A DNA stretch of 64,000 nt, from assembly GCA_002305925.1 (NCBI GenBank), contig DBRL01000013.1, positions 54,540 to 118,539 of the forward strand. The letters run 5' to 3'. The position numbers and the translations under genes were made by a program. Every line of letters begins with the position of its first letter. Positions within the stretch are counted from its first letter, which is position 1. Below, piece by piece: positions 46,541 through 55,486 of this stretch. The notes under the pieces were generated by a model. The model was not told where the DNA came from and did not search any database. It saw nothing but the letters and a program-made list of their open reading frames with translations. The stretch is from Candidatus Peregrinibacteria bacterium UBA1369. GTDB taxonomy: Bacteria > Patescibacteriota > Gracilibacteria > UBA1369.

Positions 46541-46578
46541 CGCTGTCCAAATTTAAGACAGACTTGTTTTTAATTCAA

Positions 46579-47889
46579 TCAGATCTTCCCCAGATTGTGC
46601 AGCTTGTAGAGCACCTGGGCCACCTCACGCCGTGAAGTGAAATTGGCCGGCTTCAAAGTGCTACCGGTAAAGAGACTGTTGTCTTTGGAATACTTGGCAT
46701 AATCGGCAAACCAGTCGGTGGAATGCACATCGGTGTAAGAAGCCCCCGTCGGCATGATTTCACCCAAATTGCGAAGAATTATGGCCAAAAACTCAGCCCG
46801 ATTAACTGAACGGGCCGGACGGAAATAGCCCGCATCCGCTCCCGCCTCATAACCGGTTACCACAGCCAAGGCCTTGGCCCGGCAAATATACTGATAGGCC
46901 CAGTCAGCAGCAGTCACGTCGGGGAAAGGGCTCTGACCGGCGCAATAATCGGCGGAACCACTGAAGTTCCCGAAGGCTTCCAGGGCGATCTTGGCAATTT
47001 GATCACGCTGCAAAAGTCCGGCAGGATCAAAGGTGCCATCGGGATTGCCAGTCATCGCGCCGATACTTTTTACATAACTGATAGCGTCACAATCGGCATC
47101 GGAAGCCGCCAGATCGGAAAAACCGGCACACTTGGCCACAATCTCCTGCGAAACGGTAAAAGTGGGAATCGAAACGGCCGAACTGAGATTCCCCCAGAAG
47201 TCCGCCACCCTGATTTTACAGTTGCTGTAAGTCCCGGGCTCCAGCGCCATAAAAGTAATTGTATTGTCACCCGCCACAACCTGACTGGTAGTACTCAGAC
47301 AGGCACCCTGATAACTGACATAGCCGGCCTCATCGGTTTTGATCACCACGCTGGGAGTGGTATCCGTAGTCGGTGAATCCACCCCGCTGACCAGAGAGAT
47401 AGTCGGCGCTACCACATCTATCAATAAAGGATCGATAGGATCAATTATTATTCCAGCCTTCACCTCAAAGGTCGGTACCTCCAGCTTGGCTGAGGTGAGA
47501 TCAAGGGCGTTTTTCACCGCCACCGTACAATTGCTGTGTATCCCGACATCAAGAGTATCGAAAACAACCAAATTGTCTCCGGCAATCGCTGTGGTAGTGG
47601 AACTGACACAGTCCCCTCCATAAATAATGTCTCCAGCCTGTGAAGAATAAAAAGTAAATTCCGGGGTTTTATCATAAGTCTCAACGGGCACAGGTTTAAC
47701 CACATGCAGGGAAGGAATCAGATTTGGAAAAACCGCATCCGGATCTATCGGATCAGGCAACGTGGGCGGCAAAAGAGCCTGCGCTGGCAAAACAACAAAC
47801 AAAGTCAGCAAACCCGAGAGCAAAAAACGGGAAAATATTCTCCAGCTAAAAATTAACATAAGCAATAGAATTAAAAATTTAAACTTCAA
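46579..47889 (-). CDS. Secreted protein with two tandem Ig-like domains and three C-terminal SLH domains
   Basis: 436 aa, TTG start, hydrophobic N-terminus. There are two homologous segments of about 75 aa (...GDCVSSTTTAIAGDNLVVFDTLDVGIHSNCTVAV... / ...GACLSTTSQVVAGDNTITFMALEPGTYSNCKIRV...). The SLH repeats are FSDLAASDADCDAISYVKSIGAMTGNPDGTF, FPDVTAADWAYQYICRAKALAVVTGY and YTDVHSTDWFADYAKYS. Confidence 0.8.
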   Translation of the reverse strand: MKFKFLILLLMLIFSWRIFSRFLLSGLLTLFVVLPAQALLPPTLPDPIDPDAVFPNLIPSLHVVKPVPVETYDKTPEFTFYSSQAGDIIYGGDCVSSTTTAIAGDNLVVFDTLDVGIHSNCTVAVKNALDLTSAKLEVPTFEVKAGIIIDPIDPLLIDVVAPTISLVSGVDSPTTDTTPSVVIKTDEAGYVSYQGACLSTTSQVVAGDNTITFMALEPGTYSNCKIRVADFWGNLSSAVSIPTFTVSQEIVAKCAGFSDLAASDADCDAISYVKSIGAMTGNPDGTFDPAGLLQRDQIAKIALEAFGNFSGSADYCAGQSPFPDVTAADWAYQYICRAKALAVVTGYEAGADAGYFRPARSVNRAEFLAIILRNLGEIMPTGASYTDVHSTDWFADYAKYSKDNSLFTGSTLKPANFTSRREVAQVLYKLHNLGKI

Positions 47890-47931
47890 TTTATTAAACC
47901 ACGAAAAACGGTATTAGTTACCTCACTTGAT

Positions 47932-47959
47932 TTGACAAAAGCAACAATGAACTTAAAAT
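47932..47959 (+). promoter_or_regulatory. Near-consensus sigma70-type promoter (TTGACA-N16-TAAAAT)
   Basis: TTGACA at 47932-47937 and TAAAAT at 47954-47959. Motif match only. It lies inside the 5' end of the track ORF 47932..48483, which argues for a later start codon. Confidence 0.4.
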
Positions 47960-47979
47960 TATCCCGTCACCCCCAAAAC

Positions 47980-48483
47980 ATGAAAAGACGAGCCCTGGCA
48001 ACCAACAACAATCAGGAGCAGGCATCAAACAACAATTTACGAGATACCATTCCGGACCACGACGACACTGTCTTTCCGTCAGAAGAGAGAGACACCCGGC
48101 ACACACAGGTTGATGCCCTGCTCAACCAGACCGCAGTCTGGTACAGAGATATTGTGATCAAAAAAAAACTACCCCCTGAAACTGTCGCCTTCCGCATCAA
48201 ACTGTTCAACCTGATCAAAAATGACTTTCTCAAGGCCGCTTTCGAAGAAATAGAAAAAATCGGCAAAACAAACAAAAAAAAAGTGGCCACCAAATACCAG
48301 CAAAACACCCTTGCCTACATCGGCATACTGAGAAACTCGCAATACGAACAACTGATCGGAGCGGCACTGGCAGACCGGCTGACCGCAATTTTCAACGACG
48401 GGGACTGGCACAGCGCCGAGGGCTTGGGCGCTATGCTGCTACAATTGCGTCCATTACTGACATCTTCTTTCGAAAACGACTAA
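47980..48483 (+). CDS. Hypothetical protein
   Basis: 167 aa from the ATG at 47980, the first in-frame ATG downstream of the putative promoter. The N-terminus is N/Q/D-rich and polar, followed by a helical C-terminal half. No recognised domain. Confidence 0.5.
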   Translation: MKRRALATNNNQEQASNNNLRDTIPDHDDTVFPSEERDTRHTQVDALLNQTAVWYRDIVIKKKLPPETVAFRIKLFNLIKNDFLKAAFEEIEKIGKTNKKKVATKYQQNTLAYIGILRNSQYEQLIGAALADRLTAIFNDGDWHSAEGLGAMLLQLRPLLTSSFEND

Positions 48484-49121
48484 GCAGGTTTCATCGCGCG
48501 GCCGGCCAGACCAACGGCCTTCGTAGCCAGCTGTGGCCATTTCTCTGCTTTCTGCAGCAATATTTGTATTTTATCCTCGGGCACGCCGGCCTCCCGGGCC
48601 TTATCAACAATTTCCCTGGTCTGCTCTTCAAAACTCTTCGAACTCCATTTGTTGGCCTTGAAAAAATAGTCTGCCGCATCGCCCAAAACCGGTATTGCAC
48701 CGGCGGCGAAATCGGCAACCTGCAAACCGATAATTTTCAGATAAGCCATACCTCCTAAATCAGCTGCCTTCGCCTCCATCAGCAAATAAATTCCGGAGAC
48801 AATCGAAGATGCACCATCACCAAGCTCGGGGATCAATGACAGCAGCGGATCAAGACCAATATCATCGGCAATAGTGGCAAAAAGCTTCACCCGCTCCTCA
48901 GAATTTTTGGCGGCACGCAGTTTTTCCATGATTTCCTTTTGCTGCGGAGTCAATTCACTTTCCACCTCCTTGCTTACCCGTTCCCGCGCCTCGGTTGCCT
49001 TTTGACCCACCGTCTCGCGCGCCTCCTGTCTATCCACCGACCTCTCACCGGACTCAATGGCCGCGCGGGCCCTGGGCCCGAGCAGAATTTCCGACTCGTC
49101 TTCCCTTAAAATTTCCGACAT
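48480..49121 (-). CDS. DUF4112-like protein
   Basis: 213 aa. IGLDPLLSLIPELGDGASSIVSGIYLL and GAIPVLGDAADYFFKANKWS resemble the DUF4112 signature (recalled from memory). Confidence 0.7.
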   Translation of the reverse strand: MSEILREDESEILLGPRARAAIESGERSVDRQEARETVGQKATEARERVSKEVESELTPQQKEIMEKLRAAKNSEERVKLFATIADDIGLDPLLSLIPELGDGASSIVSGIYLLMEAKAADLGGMAYLKIIGLQVADFAAGAIPVLGDAADYFFKANKWSSKSFEEQTREIVDKAREAGVPEDKIQILLQKAEKWPQLATKAVGLAGRAMKPA

Positions 49122-49148
49122 TTTGCTGTTTGGTTATGTTTTATAATT

Positions 49149-50537
49149 CTATTTATTATACCATTTTCGCACATAATCCGGCCAATCTTTTTTTTTCCTT
49201 CTGATGCCGGCCTCATTCATATAGCGCACCAGGCCAAATACCGGACGCTCCGGCCCCCAGGGCCGGTCATGCTTACCAAAACACCAGGCCACGCCGGCAA
49301 AACTGTTCGGATCCCGCCCGTCCAATTCATATTTATTGTTCAAATAAAGCATCCGTTTAAAAGCCTCCTCCGGCGTTTCCGACCACTCAATAATTTTCTT
49401 TCCCCAATACATGCGCATATAACCATGCATTTTCCCGCTGCGCGTCATCTCGAGCTGACAGGCATTCCAGATTTCATCCTCCGTCGCCGCACGTTCCAGC
49501 TCCTTCAGACTATACAAAAACGGCCTCACGTCACCGGCATGTTTCTCCAGCGACTCCCTGGCCCAGCGCGGCACGGCCCGCTGATAGCTGTCATAACCGG
49601 GATTAAAATGACAAAAATTCATCGCCAGTTCACGGCGCACAATCAATTCTTCCAGATAGGCCTCCACCGGCTCCCGCAGACTTCCGGCAAGATATTTTCT
49701 CACCGTCAGCGCGGCTTCCAGCGCGGATATTTGCCCGAAATGCAAGTATGGACTCATCCCCGAAAGCACCTCCCGGGTCGGCAAATTCCTTTCCCGCGCG
49801 TAGGTCTGCAAATCCCGGCGACAAAACAGTTTTAATCTGCGCAAAGCCTGGGTGCGTCCGCCCCGCCATGGAGACCTTGCAACCGAACGATCGATTTTCA
49901 GACCGGCCAACAATATTTCGGAGCTGCTCCAATCCAGCCCCTCTCCGGCTATCCGTTTGCAATCCCGCCCGGTAAACTTTTCCGACAGAGTAATCTGACT
50001 GAAGGGCCGCAAAAAATAATCCAGATGCCGGTTCAGCTTCGGCCGCAGAGTGCGCGCGGCATACTCTTCTTTTTCACTGGCGGTTTCCACAGGCACAATC
50101 ACATCGCTTTCCACCTCCACCATCTGCACGGATACAGCCTCCGCCACTTCCCGCCGCCACTTGCGCTGCACGTTGAGATAGCCGCGATCGGTCACCAGAA
50201 GCGCCGCCTTCAAATCCCGCACGGCCGGAGGGAGCACCACCCCGGGCTCTCCCTTTCTGATCTGCAGTGGTATCCCCCGCTTGGCCAGAGCCACACCAGT
50301 CTCAGCAAGTCCCTCGGCCATGAAAGCATAGTGCCGTAAATTGGCCTCGGGGAAATTATCCACCAGTGCAAAAATTACCACCAGCGGCAGATCAAGCTGA
50401 TTGGCGCGAAACACGGCGTATTCCAAAGCATGATTATATTCGGCTCTTTGCGACTGCTGCATCCAGTACAGCACCACCTCCCCGTCCCGCCTGGTTTCGC
50501 CCTCATTGAGAAAATGTATTCTCTCCTGTTCCACCAT
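49149..50537 (-). CDS. phr: Deoxyribodipyrimidine photolyase, class II-like
   Basis: 462 aa. The N-terminus GEVVLYWMQQSQRAEYNHALEYAV...LPLVVIFAL and the C-terminal MRMYWGKKIIEW...LYLNNKYELDGRDPNSFAGVAWCFG match the class II CPD photolyase pattern. Confidence 0.88.
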   Translation of the reverse strand: MVEQERIHFLNEGETRRDGEVVLYWMQQSQRAEYNHALEYAVFRANQLDLPLVVIFALVDNFPEANLRHYAFMAEGLAETGVALAKRGIPLQIRKGEPGVVLPPAVRDLKAALLVTDRGYLNVQRKWRREVAEAVSVQMVEVESDVIVPVETASEKEEYAARTLRPKLNRHLDYFLRPFSQITLSEKFTGRDCKRIAGEGLDWSSSEILLAGLKIDRSVARSPWRGGRTQALRRLKLFCRRDLQTYARERNLPTREVLSGMSPYLHFGQISALEAALTVRKYLAGSLREPVEAYLEELIVRRELAMNFCHFNPGYDSYQRAVPRWARESLEKHAGDVRPFLYSLKELERAATEDEIWNACQLEMTRSGKMHGYMRMYWGKKIIEWSETPEEAFKRMLYLNNKYELDGRDPNSFAGVAWCFGKHDRPWGPERPVFGLVRYMNEAGIRRKKKDWPDYVRKWYNK

Positions 50538-50619
50538 CTTGGTTCAAAAAGGTATTGGAAATCAGCACCTGCACAGAGACATAGTGACACAACCAAGGGA
50601 TTAATGGTAGATTGATGAC

Positions 50620-51201
50620 ATGAAAAAAAACACTGTTTCAACTCTGCTGCTGATCGCCTTCGCCACGATAATTTTTACCTCCTGCCAAACTCCCGACCAG
50701 GAAAAACCAGGCAATGAAACAGCCACTCCAATACAAATAACCAATAACCAAAAAATTATGCACATCCAGAGCCCAGATTTTGAAAACAAAGCTCTCATTC
50801 CGGATGAATTCACCTGCATGGGCAAGGACATTTCTCCGGAATTGCAAATCAGCGAAGTGCCGCCCCACACCGCCTCACTGGCCCTGATTATGGAAGACCC
50901 CGATGCCCCCAACGGGACCTGGACACATTGGGTGATCTGGAATATCCCACCGGAAACTAGCGTCATCCCCCGCAACGTCAGCACCGATTTCGCCAGACAG
51001 GGCCTCAACTCCTGGCCCAAGAAAGGCTACGGAGGCCCCTGCCCTCCGTCCGGCACCCACCGCTACTTTTTTAAACTTTTCGCTCTGACCAAAGAGCTGG
51101 ACTTGCCCGACAACAGCGGAGGCGAAGATCTGCTGAAAGCCATGAACGGCCTGGTAATCAGTCAGGATCAATACATGGGCATTTACCGCAAAAAAGGCTG
51201 A
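50620..51201 (+). CDS. YbhB/YbcL (PEBP/Raf-kinase-inhibitor-like) family lipoprotein
   Basis: 193 aa. A lipobox-like segment IIFTSC is present, with MEDPDAPNGTWTHWVIWNIP and GYGGPCPPSGTHRYFFKLFAL. Confidence 0.88.
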   Translation: MKKNTVSTLLLIAFATIIFTSCQTPDQEKPGNETATPIQITNNQKIMHIQSPDFENKALIPDEFTCMGKDISPELQISEVPPHTASLALIMEDPDAPNGTWTHWVIWNIPPETSVIPRNVSTDFARQGLNSWPKKGYGGPCPPSGTHRYFFKLFALTKELDLPDNSGGEDLLKAMNGLVISQDQYMGIYRKKG

Positions 51202-51216
51202 AATCGTTGGCTCGGA

Positions 51217-53007
51217 CTATTTCGGCAACAAGCCACCTACCTGCAAATCAACCAGATCCTTATACACACCCTCCTGCCGCGTCAACTGACGATGCGTTCC
51301 CTGCTGCACCACCCTGCCTTTGTCGATAACCACAATCTTGTCGACATCCACTACCGTGGAAAGCCGGTGGGCAATCACGATTGAGGTGCGGCCTTTCATC
51401 ACCTGCTGCAATGCCTGATGAATCACTTTTTCATTTTTGGAATCCAAGGCCGAAGTAGCCTCGTCCAAAATCAGAATCGGCGGATTTTTTAATACCACCC
51501 TGGCGATGGCCACCCGCTGTTTTTCACCGCCGGACAACTTCAGCCCCCGCTCCCCAACAACAGTTTTGTACTTCTTGGGAAGACTCATGATAAAATCATG
51601 AATATTGGCCTTTTTCGCGGCCTCATAGACCGCCGCCCGACGACAACCCGGACGCGCATAGGCGATATTGTTGTAAATCGTATCGTTAAACAGCGTATTT
51701 TCCTGCATCACCAAACCGATATTTTTGTGCAATGAGCGCTGGGATACTTTGCGAATATCCTGACCATCAATGAGAATCTTGCCCCTCTGCAAATCGTAAA
51801 AACGGTTCAGCAAAGCGGTCACCGTCGACTTGCCGGCACCCGAATGACCGACCAGCGCCGTAGCCTTGCCGGGTTCAAAAACAATATTGACCCGGGACAG
51901 CACTCCAACCTTCTGGTACTTGAAAGAAACATCCCTCATCTCGACCAGACCCTGCTTGACGCGCAAATCGGGTGCCTCAGGCAAATCCTTGACCGAGTCC
52001 TCCCTGTCCAGAATTTTTCTAGCCTCCTCCAACCGCAGCACGGCAAACTGAAAATGTCTCATATCCCAGCCAATTGCATAGAGCGGATCATAGAGATAGC
52101 GCCGAAAAGTATGGAACATCACCACCTGCCCCAGAGTGAATTCCCCCTGCACCATCAGATAGGCGCCAACGGAAATGATGATGATCACCTGCATCGTGCT
52201 GATCGCCCCACTCCAGACATCGATTCTCCCCCAGCGCACCGATGTTTTTTGCTGTAGTTTCACGTATTTTTCATACTTGCCCATGAAACGGCGCCGCTCC
52301 TTTCCCTCCTGGGCAAAACTTTTGACCACCATGATGTTGGCCACGGCATCATAAGCCCTGCCTATGGCCGAATCAAACAGGGTATTGGACTTGTTCTGCA
52401 GTTGATTGGTTTTTTTCAAGCCCAGAAAAACCACCCAGATCGCCAAGGGATAAAGGGAAACCGAAACCAGCGTCATCACCCAGTTGATCGTCATGGCCCA
52501 GATCAGCACGCCCAGAGCCAGAATCAGCTTTGGAACAACGTTGACCACAATCATAAAAGTAATAGTCCAGAAGCTGTCCACGGCCCGGTCAATTTTCTTC
52601 ATCATCTCTCCACTTTTTTTCTCCAGATGATAGGACATGTCCAGATCCAGCACCCGCTGCACGGCCATCAGAAAATAACTGCGATCCACCAGCGGCATAC
52701 GATGGGCAAACATCATCCGCACCAATGTCATCAACGCCGCCGACACCAGCATGATCACCGCCCACAAAGTGATAAAAAAAACGATCGTCTCGACCTCAAA
52801 AGTTTCGCCCACCCCAGCGATTTTGGCCAGCTCGTCAAAGACATTGCGATAAATATATGGCTCGATCATTTGCGAGAGTATCAGCACCAGCCAAAGCGGC
52901 CAGACATACCAGATCTTGCGCATCACCGGCCAGGTGAAACGCCAATAATAACGCAAAGGCGGCCCCCAATCCTTCATTTTCAACTCTTTTTCCATCTCAA
53001 AATCCAC
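51217..53007 (-). CDS. ABC transporter, fused permease/ATPase (MsbA-like exporter)
   Basis: 596 aa with an N-terminal 6-TM domain. Walker A is GHSGAGKST, the signature is LSGGEKQR, and Walker B is ILILDEATSALD. Confidence 0.93.
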   Translation of the reverse strand: MDFEMEKELKMKDWGPPLRYYWRFTWPVMRKIWYVWPLWLVLILSQMIEPYIYRNVFDELAKIAGVGETFEVETIVFFITLWAVIMLVSAALMTLVRMMFAHRMPLVDRSYFLMAVQRVLDLDMSYHLEKKSGEMMKKIDRAVDSFWTITFMIVVNVVPKLILALGVLIWAMTINWVMTLVSVSLYPLAIWVVFLGLKKTNQLQNKSNTLFDSAIGRAYDAVANIMVVKSFAQEGKERRRFMGKYEKYVKLQQKTSVRWGRIDVWSGAISTMQVIIIISVGAYLMVQGEFTLGQVVMFHTFRRYLYDPLYAIGWDMRHFQFAVLRLEEARKILDREDSVKDLPEAPDLRVKQGLVEMRDVSFKYQKVGVLSRVNIVFEPGKATALVGHSGAGKSTVTALLNRFYDLQRGKILIDGQDIRKVSQRSLHKNIGLVMQENTLFNDTIYNNIAYARPGCRRAAVYEAAKKANIHDFIMSLPKKYKTVVGERGLKLSGGEKQRVAIARVVLKNPPILILDEATSALDSKNEKVIHQALQQVMKGRTSIVIAHRLSTVVDVDKIVVIDKGRVVQQGTHRQLTRQEGVYKDLVDLQVGGLLPK

Positions 53008-53050
53008 ATATTTGACTTACGGGATGCATTATAGAGTAATAAATTTTGCT

Positions 53051-53078
53051 TTGCAATTTGACAAATCTATACTATGAT
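53051..53078 (+). promoter_or_regulatory. Putative promoter for the tRNA gene (TTGCAA-N16-TATGAT)
   Basis: Motif match about 20 nt upstream of the mature tRNA 5' end. Confidence 0.35.
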
Positions 53079-53098
53079 ACGCGGGCAAAGACCTTTGT

Positions 53099-53175
53099 GA
53101 GCCCGTAGCTCAGATGGATAGAGCGTTGGTTTGCGGAGCCAAAGGTCGCGCGTTCGACTCGCGCCGGGCTCACCA
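53099..53175 (+). tRNA. tRNA-Arg, anticodon GCG, genomically encoded CCA
   Basis: Hand-folded cloverleaf: acceptor GAGCCCG/CGGGCTC, D-arm GCTC-AGATGGATA-GAGC, anticodon arm TTGGT-TTGCGGA-GCCAA (anticodon GCG at 53133-53135), variable loop AGGTC, T-arm GCGCG-TTCGACT-CGCGC, discriminator A, CCA. Confidence 0.9.
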
Positions 53176-53263
53176 TTTCCAAATACCAACTTCGCCAAAA
53201 CTCCGATACGGCACAAAGGCATCGCTTTATTAGTGGAAATCATTTACTGAACCGGAGCGACAC

Positions 53264-53935
53264 CTATTTACGCAAAGACTCAATCGCCGCCACACGATCA
53301 GCCGCGCCAAAAATATAGCTGCCCGCCACCAGCACATCGGCACCGGCCTCCCGGCAGAGCGCTGCGGTTTCTGCATTGATACCACCATCGACTTCTACCA
53401 GAAGTTCCGGTCGTCTTTCTTTCAGCCAGCGGATTTTGTCCAAGGCCAGCGAAATAAATTTCTGCCCGCCAAAACCGGGATTGACGCTCATCACCAGCAC
53501 CATGTCCAGATCATCAAGAATCGGGCTCAGACTCTCCACCGCTGTAGCCGGATTAAGAGCAACCGCGGCCTTCATACCCAGTTCGTGAATACGGGCAATC
53601 AAACGATGTAAATGGACATTCCCCTCCTGATGCACCGTCACCGACCCCACACCGATTTCCGCCAGCTCTTCCAGATAGGTTTCGGGGTGCTCCACCATCA
53701 AATGTGCGTCCAGTAACAATCCGGTTTTGATGCGGCGAATCACCGGGGCCCCAAAAGTCAGATTGGGCACAAAGTGGAAATCCATCAGATCCAGATGCAG
53801 CCAATCGGCATGGGACTCCACGGTGGCAATTTCCTCATTCAGTTTGCCAAAATCGGCCGACAGGATCGACGGGGCGATCAGTATTTTTTTCTCCGCAGAA
53901 TTGAGTAATTGTTCCATGATCGTGCAAAAATTCAA
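53264..53935 (-). CDS. rpe: Ribulose-phosphate 3-epimerase
   Basis: 223 aa with IAPSILSADF...LHLDLMDFHFVPNLTFG...MSVNPGFGGQKFI...VDGGIN. Confidence 0.95.
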   Translation of the reverse strand: MNFCTIMEQLLNSAEKKILIAPSILSADFGKLNEEIATVESHADWLHLDLMDFHFVPNLTFGAPVIRRIKTGLLLDAHLMVEHPETYLEELAEIGVGSVTVHQEGNVHLHRLIARIHELGMKAAVALNPATAVESLSPILDDLDMVLVMSVNPGFGGQKFISLALDKIRWLKERRPELLVEVDGGINAETAALCREAGADVLVAGSYIFGAADRVAAIESLRK

Positions 53936-53954
53936 ATATTACCCGCCCCCAATA

Positions 53955-54443
53955 CTAACAGGCGCCGGTTTTCTCATCAGCGCTGGCCGGCTCATTGATT
54001 TTTTCCAGTTTGGCCACCCGGCGGACATGTCTTTCCTCTGCGTCAAAATGTGCCTGCAGAAAAGCATCTACAATGGCTTTAGCTAAGTCCCTGCCGATAA
54101 AACGCTCCCCCATACACAAAACATTGGCGTCATTGTGGGCGCGCCCCATTCTGGCCGTCAATTCATCACTGGCCAGCACGGCGCGTATGCCCGAACGTTT
54201 ATTGGCGGCAATTGACATGCCTATCCCGCTGCCACAGATCAATATCCCCATTGCCTCTTTATTCTCGACAACCTTTTCACACACTTCCCGGGCAATGTCC
54301 GGATAGTCAGTGGAATCATTGGTAAATACTCCCAAATCAAGAATCTGCGCTTCCTCGTTGTCCTGAAATTTATTTTCCAGATAATCCTTGATTTCTCTTT
54401 TCAAGTTGATGCCGGCATGATCAGACCCCAAATAAATTTGCAT
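53955..54443 (-). CDS. rpiB: Ribose-5-phosphate isomerase B
   Basis: 162 aa with IYLGSDHAGINLK...GILICGSGIGMSIAANK..GIRA....NDANVLCMGERFIG. Confidence 0.93.
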   Translation of the reverse strand: MQIYLGSDHAGINLKREIKDYLENKFQDNEEAQILDLGVFTNDSTDYPDIAREVCEKVVENKEAMGILICGSGIGMSIAANKRSGIRAVLASDELTARMGRAHNDANVLCMGERFIGRDLAKAIVDAFLQAHFDAEERHVRRVAKLEKINEPASADEKTGAC

Positions 54444-54527
54444 ATTTTTTGTTTTAAATTGTGTTTCCCTATATTATAACACCTGCAAAAGCAGCGTAAA
54501 AGCTGAAAACCTCATTTTTCAAGTGAC

Positions 54528-55466
54528 ATGACCGACAGGGCGGGATTGCGCAAACATTTCGGCGAATACCTGGAAAAACTGGGTGCCAAGCACAAAAACC
54601 TGGTAGTGCTCGACTCTGACCTCAGCAACGGCCTGAACACGCTCCTTTTCGCCAAAAACCATCCGGAAAGACATTTCAGCGTGCCCGAAGCCGAAAGGGC
54701 CATGCTCTCGATGGCAACGGGAATGACCATCCGTAAAAAAAGTCCCTGGGTTTGCGCCCGCGCAGGCAACCTCCTCGGCCGCGCACTCGACATTCTCCGT
54801 AATGGCGTGGTCTCACCCAATCTCAATCTGAAAATCATCCTCTCCGATGTCGGACTGGGCAATCTGGAACATGGCGCCTGTCGCACCAGCACCGAGGATC
54901 TCGCCATTTTGCGGAGTTTACCCAACCTGAAAATATTCACTCCCGCCGATCAACATGAACTGCGGGCGATGATGGAATTTATGACCACGGATTTCGGCCC
55001 TACGGTAATGCGTATACCCGCCCAATGCCATGAAGATATCTTTGACGGCAATTACATTTTCAATCCCGGGACTCCGGTCATTGTTCGCCGCGGTGAACAG
55101 ATTTGTCTTTTTTCGCATGGCAACATGTTACAACAAACGCTGCAGGCGGCCAGTGAACTAATGAGCAAGGGTCTCTCGGCGCAAGTGGTCAACCTGCCGA
55201 CACCGGCCCCGCTGGACGAGGAAAAACTTGCCGAAATCTGCACGGGGTTCGATTTATTGCTCAGCGTTGAAGACCACAGTCTGCAGGGCGGATTGGGCAC
55301 GATACTCGCCGAATTGCTGCAAAAAAAGTCCCTTCCGGCCCGGCTGGTCAAACTTGGTCTGACTGCCCCGGTGGAATCGGGAAAATATCAGGAGGTACTG
55401 GAAAAACACGGCATAGGCACAAAAAACATCTACGAAACGGTACGCGAAAAATGGCTGCAAAGTTGA
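54528..55466 (+). CDS. Transketolase, C-terminal (pyrimidine-binding) subunit
   Basis: 312 aa. The layout matches split-transketolase subunit B, with STEDLAILRSLPNLKIFTPADQHE and a C-terminal domain. Confidence 0.9.
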   Translation: MTDRAGLRKHFGEYLEKLGAKHKNLVVLDSDLSNGLNTLLFAKNHPERHFSVPEAERAMLSMATGMTIRKKSPWVCARAGNLLGRALDILRNGVVSPNLNLKIILSDVGLGNLEHGACRTSTEDLAILRSLPNLKIFTPADQHELRAMMEFMTTDFGPTVMRIPAQCHEDIFDGNYIFNPGTPVIVRRGEQICLFSHGNMLQQTLQAASELMSKGLSAQVVNLPTPAPLDEEKLAEICTGFDLLLSVEDHSLQGGLGTILAELLQKKSLPARLVKLGLTAPVESGKYQEVLEKHGIGTKNIYETVREKWLQS

Positions 55467-55486
55467 GCCCTAAGCTGCCCCCCCTT

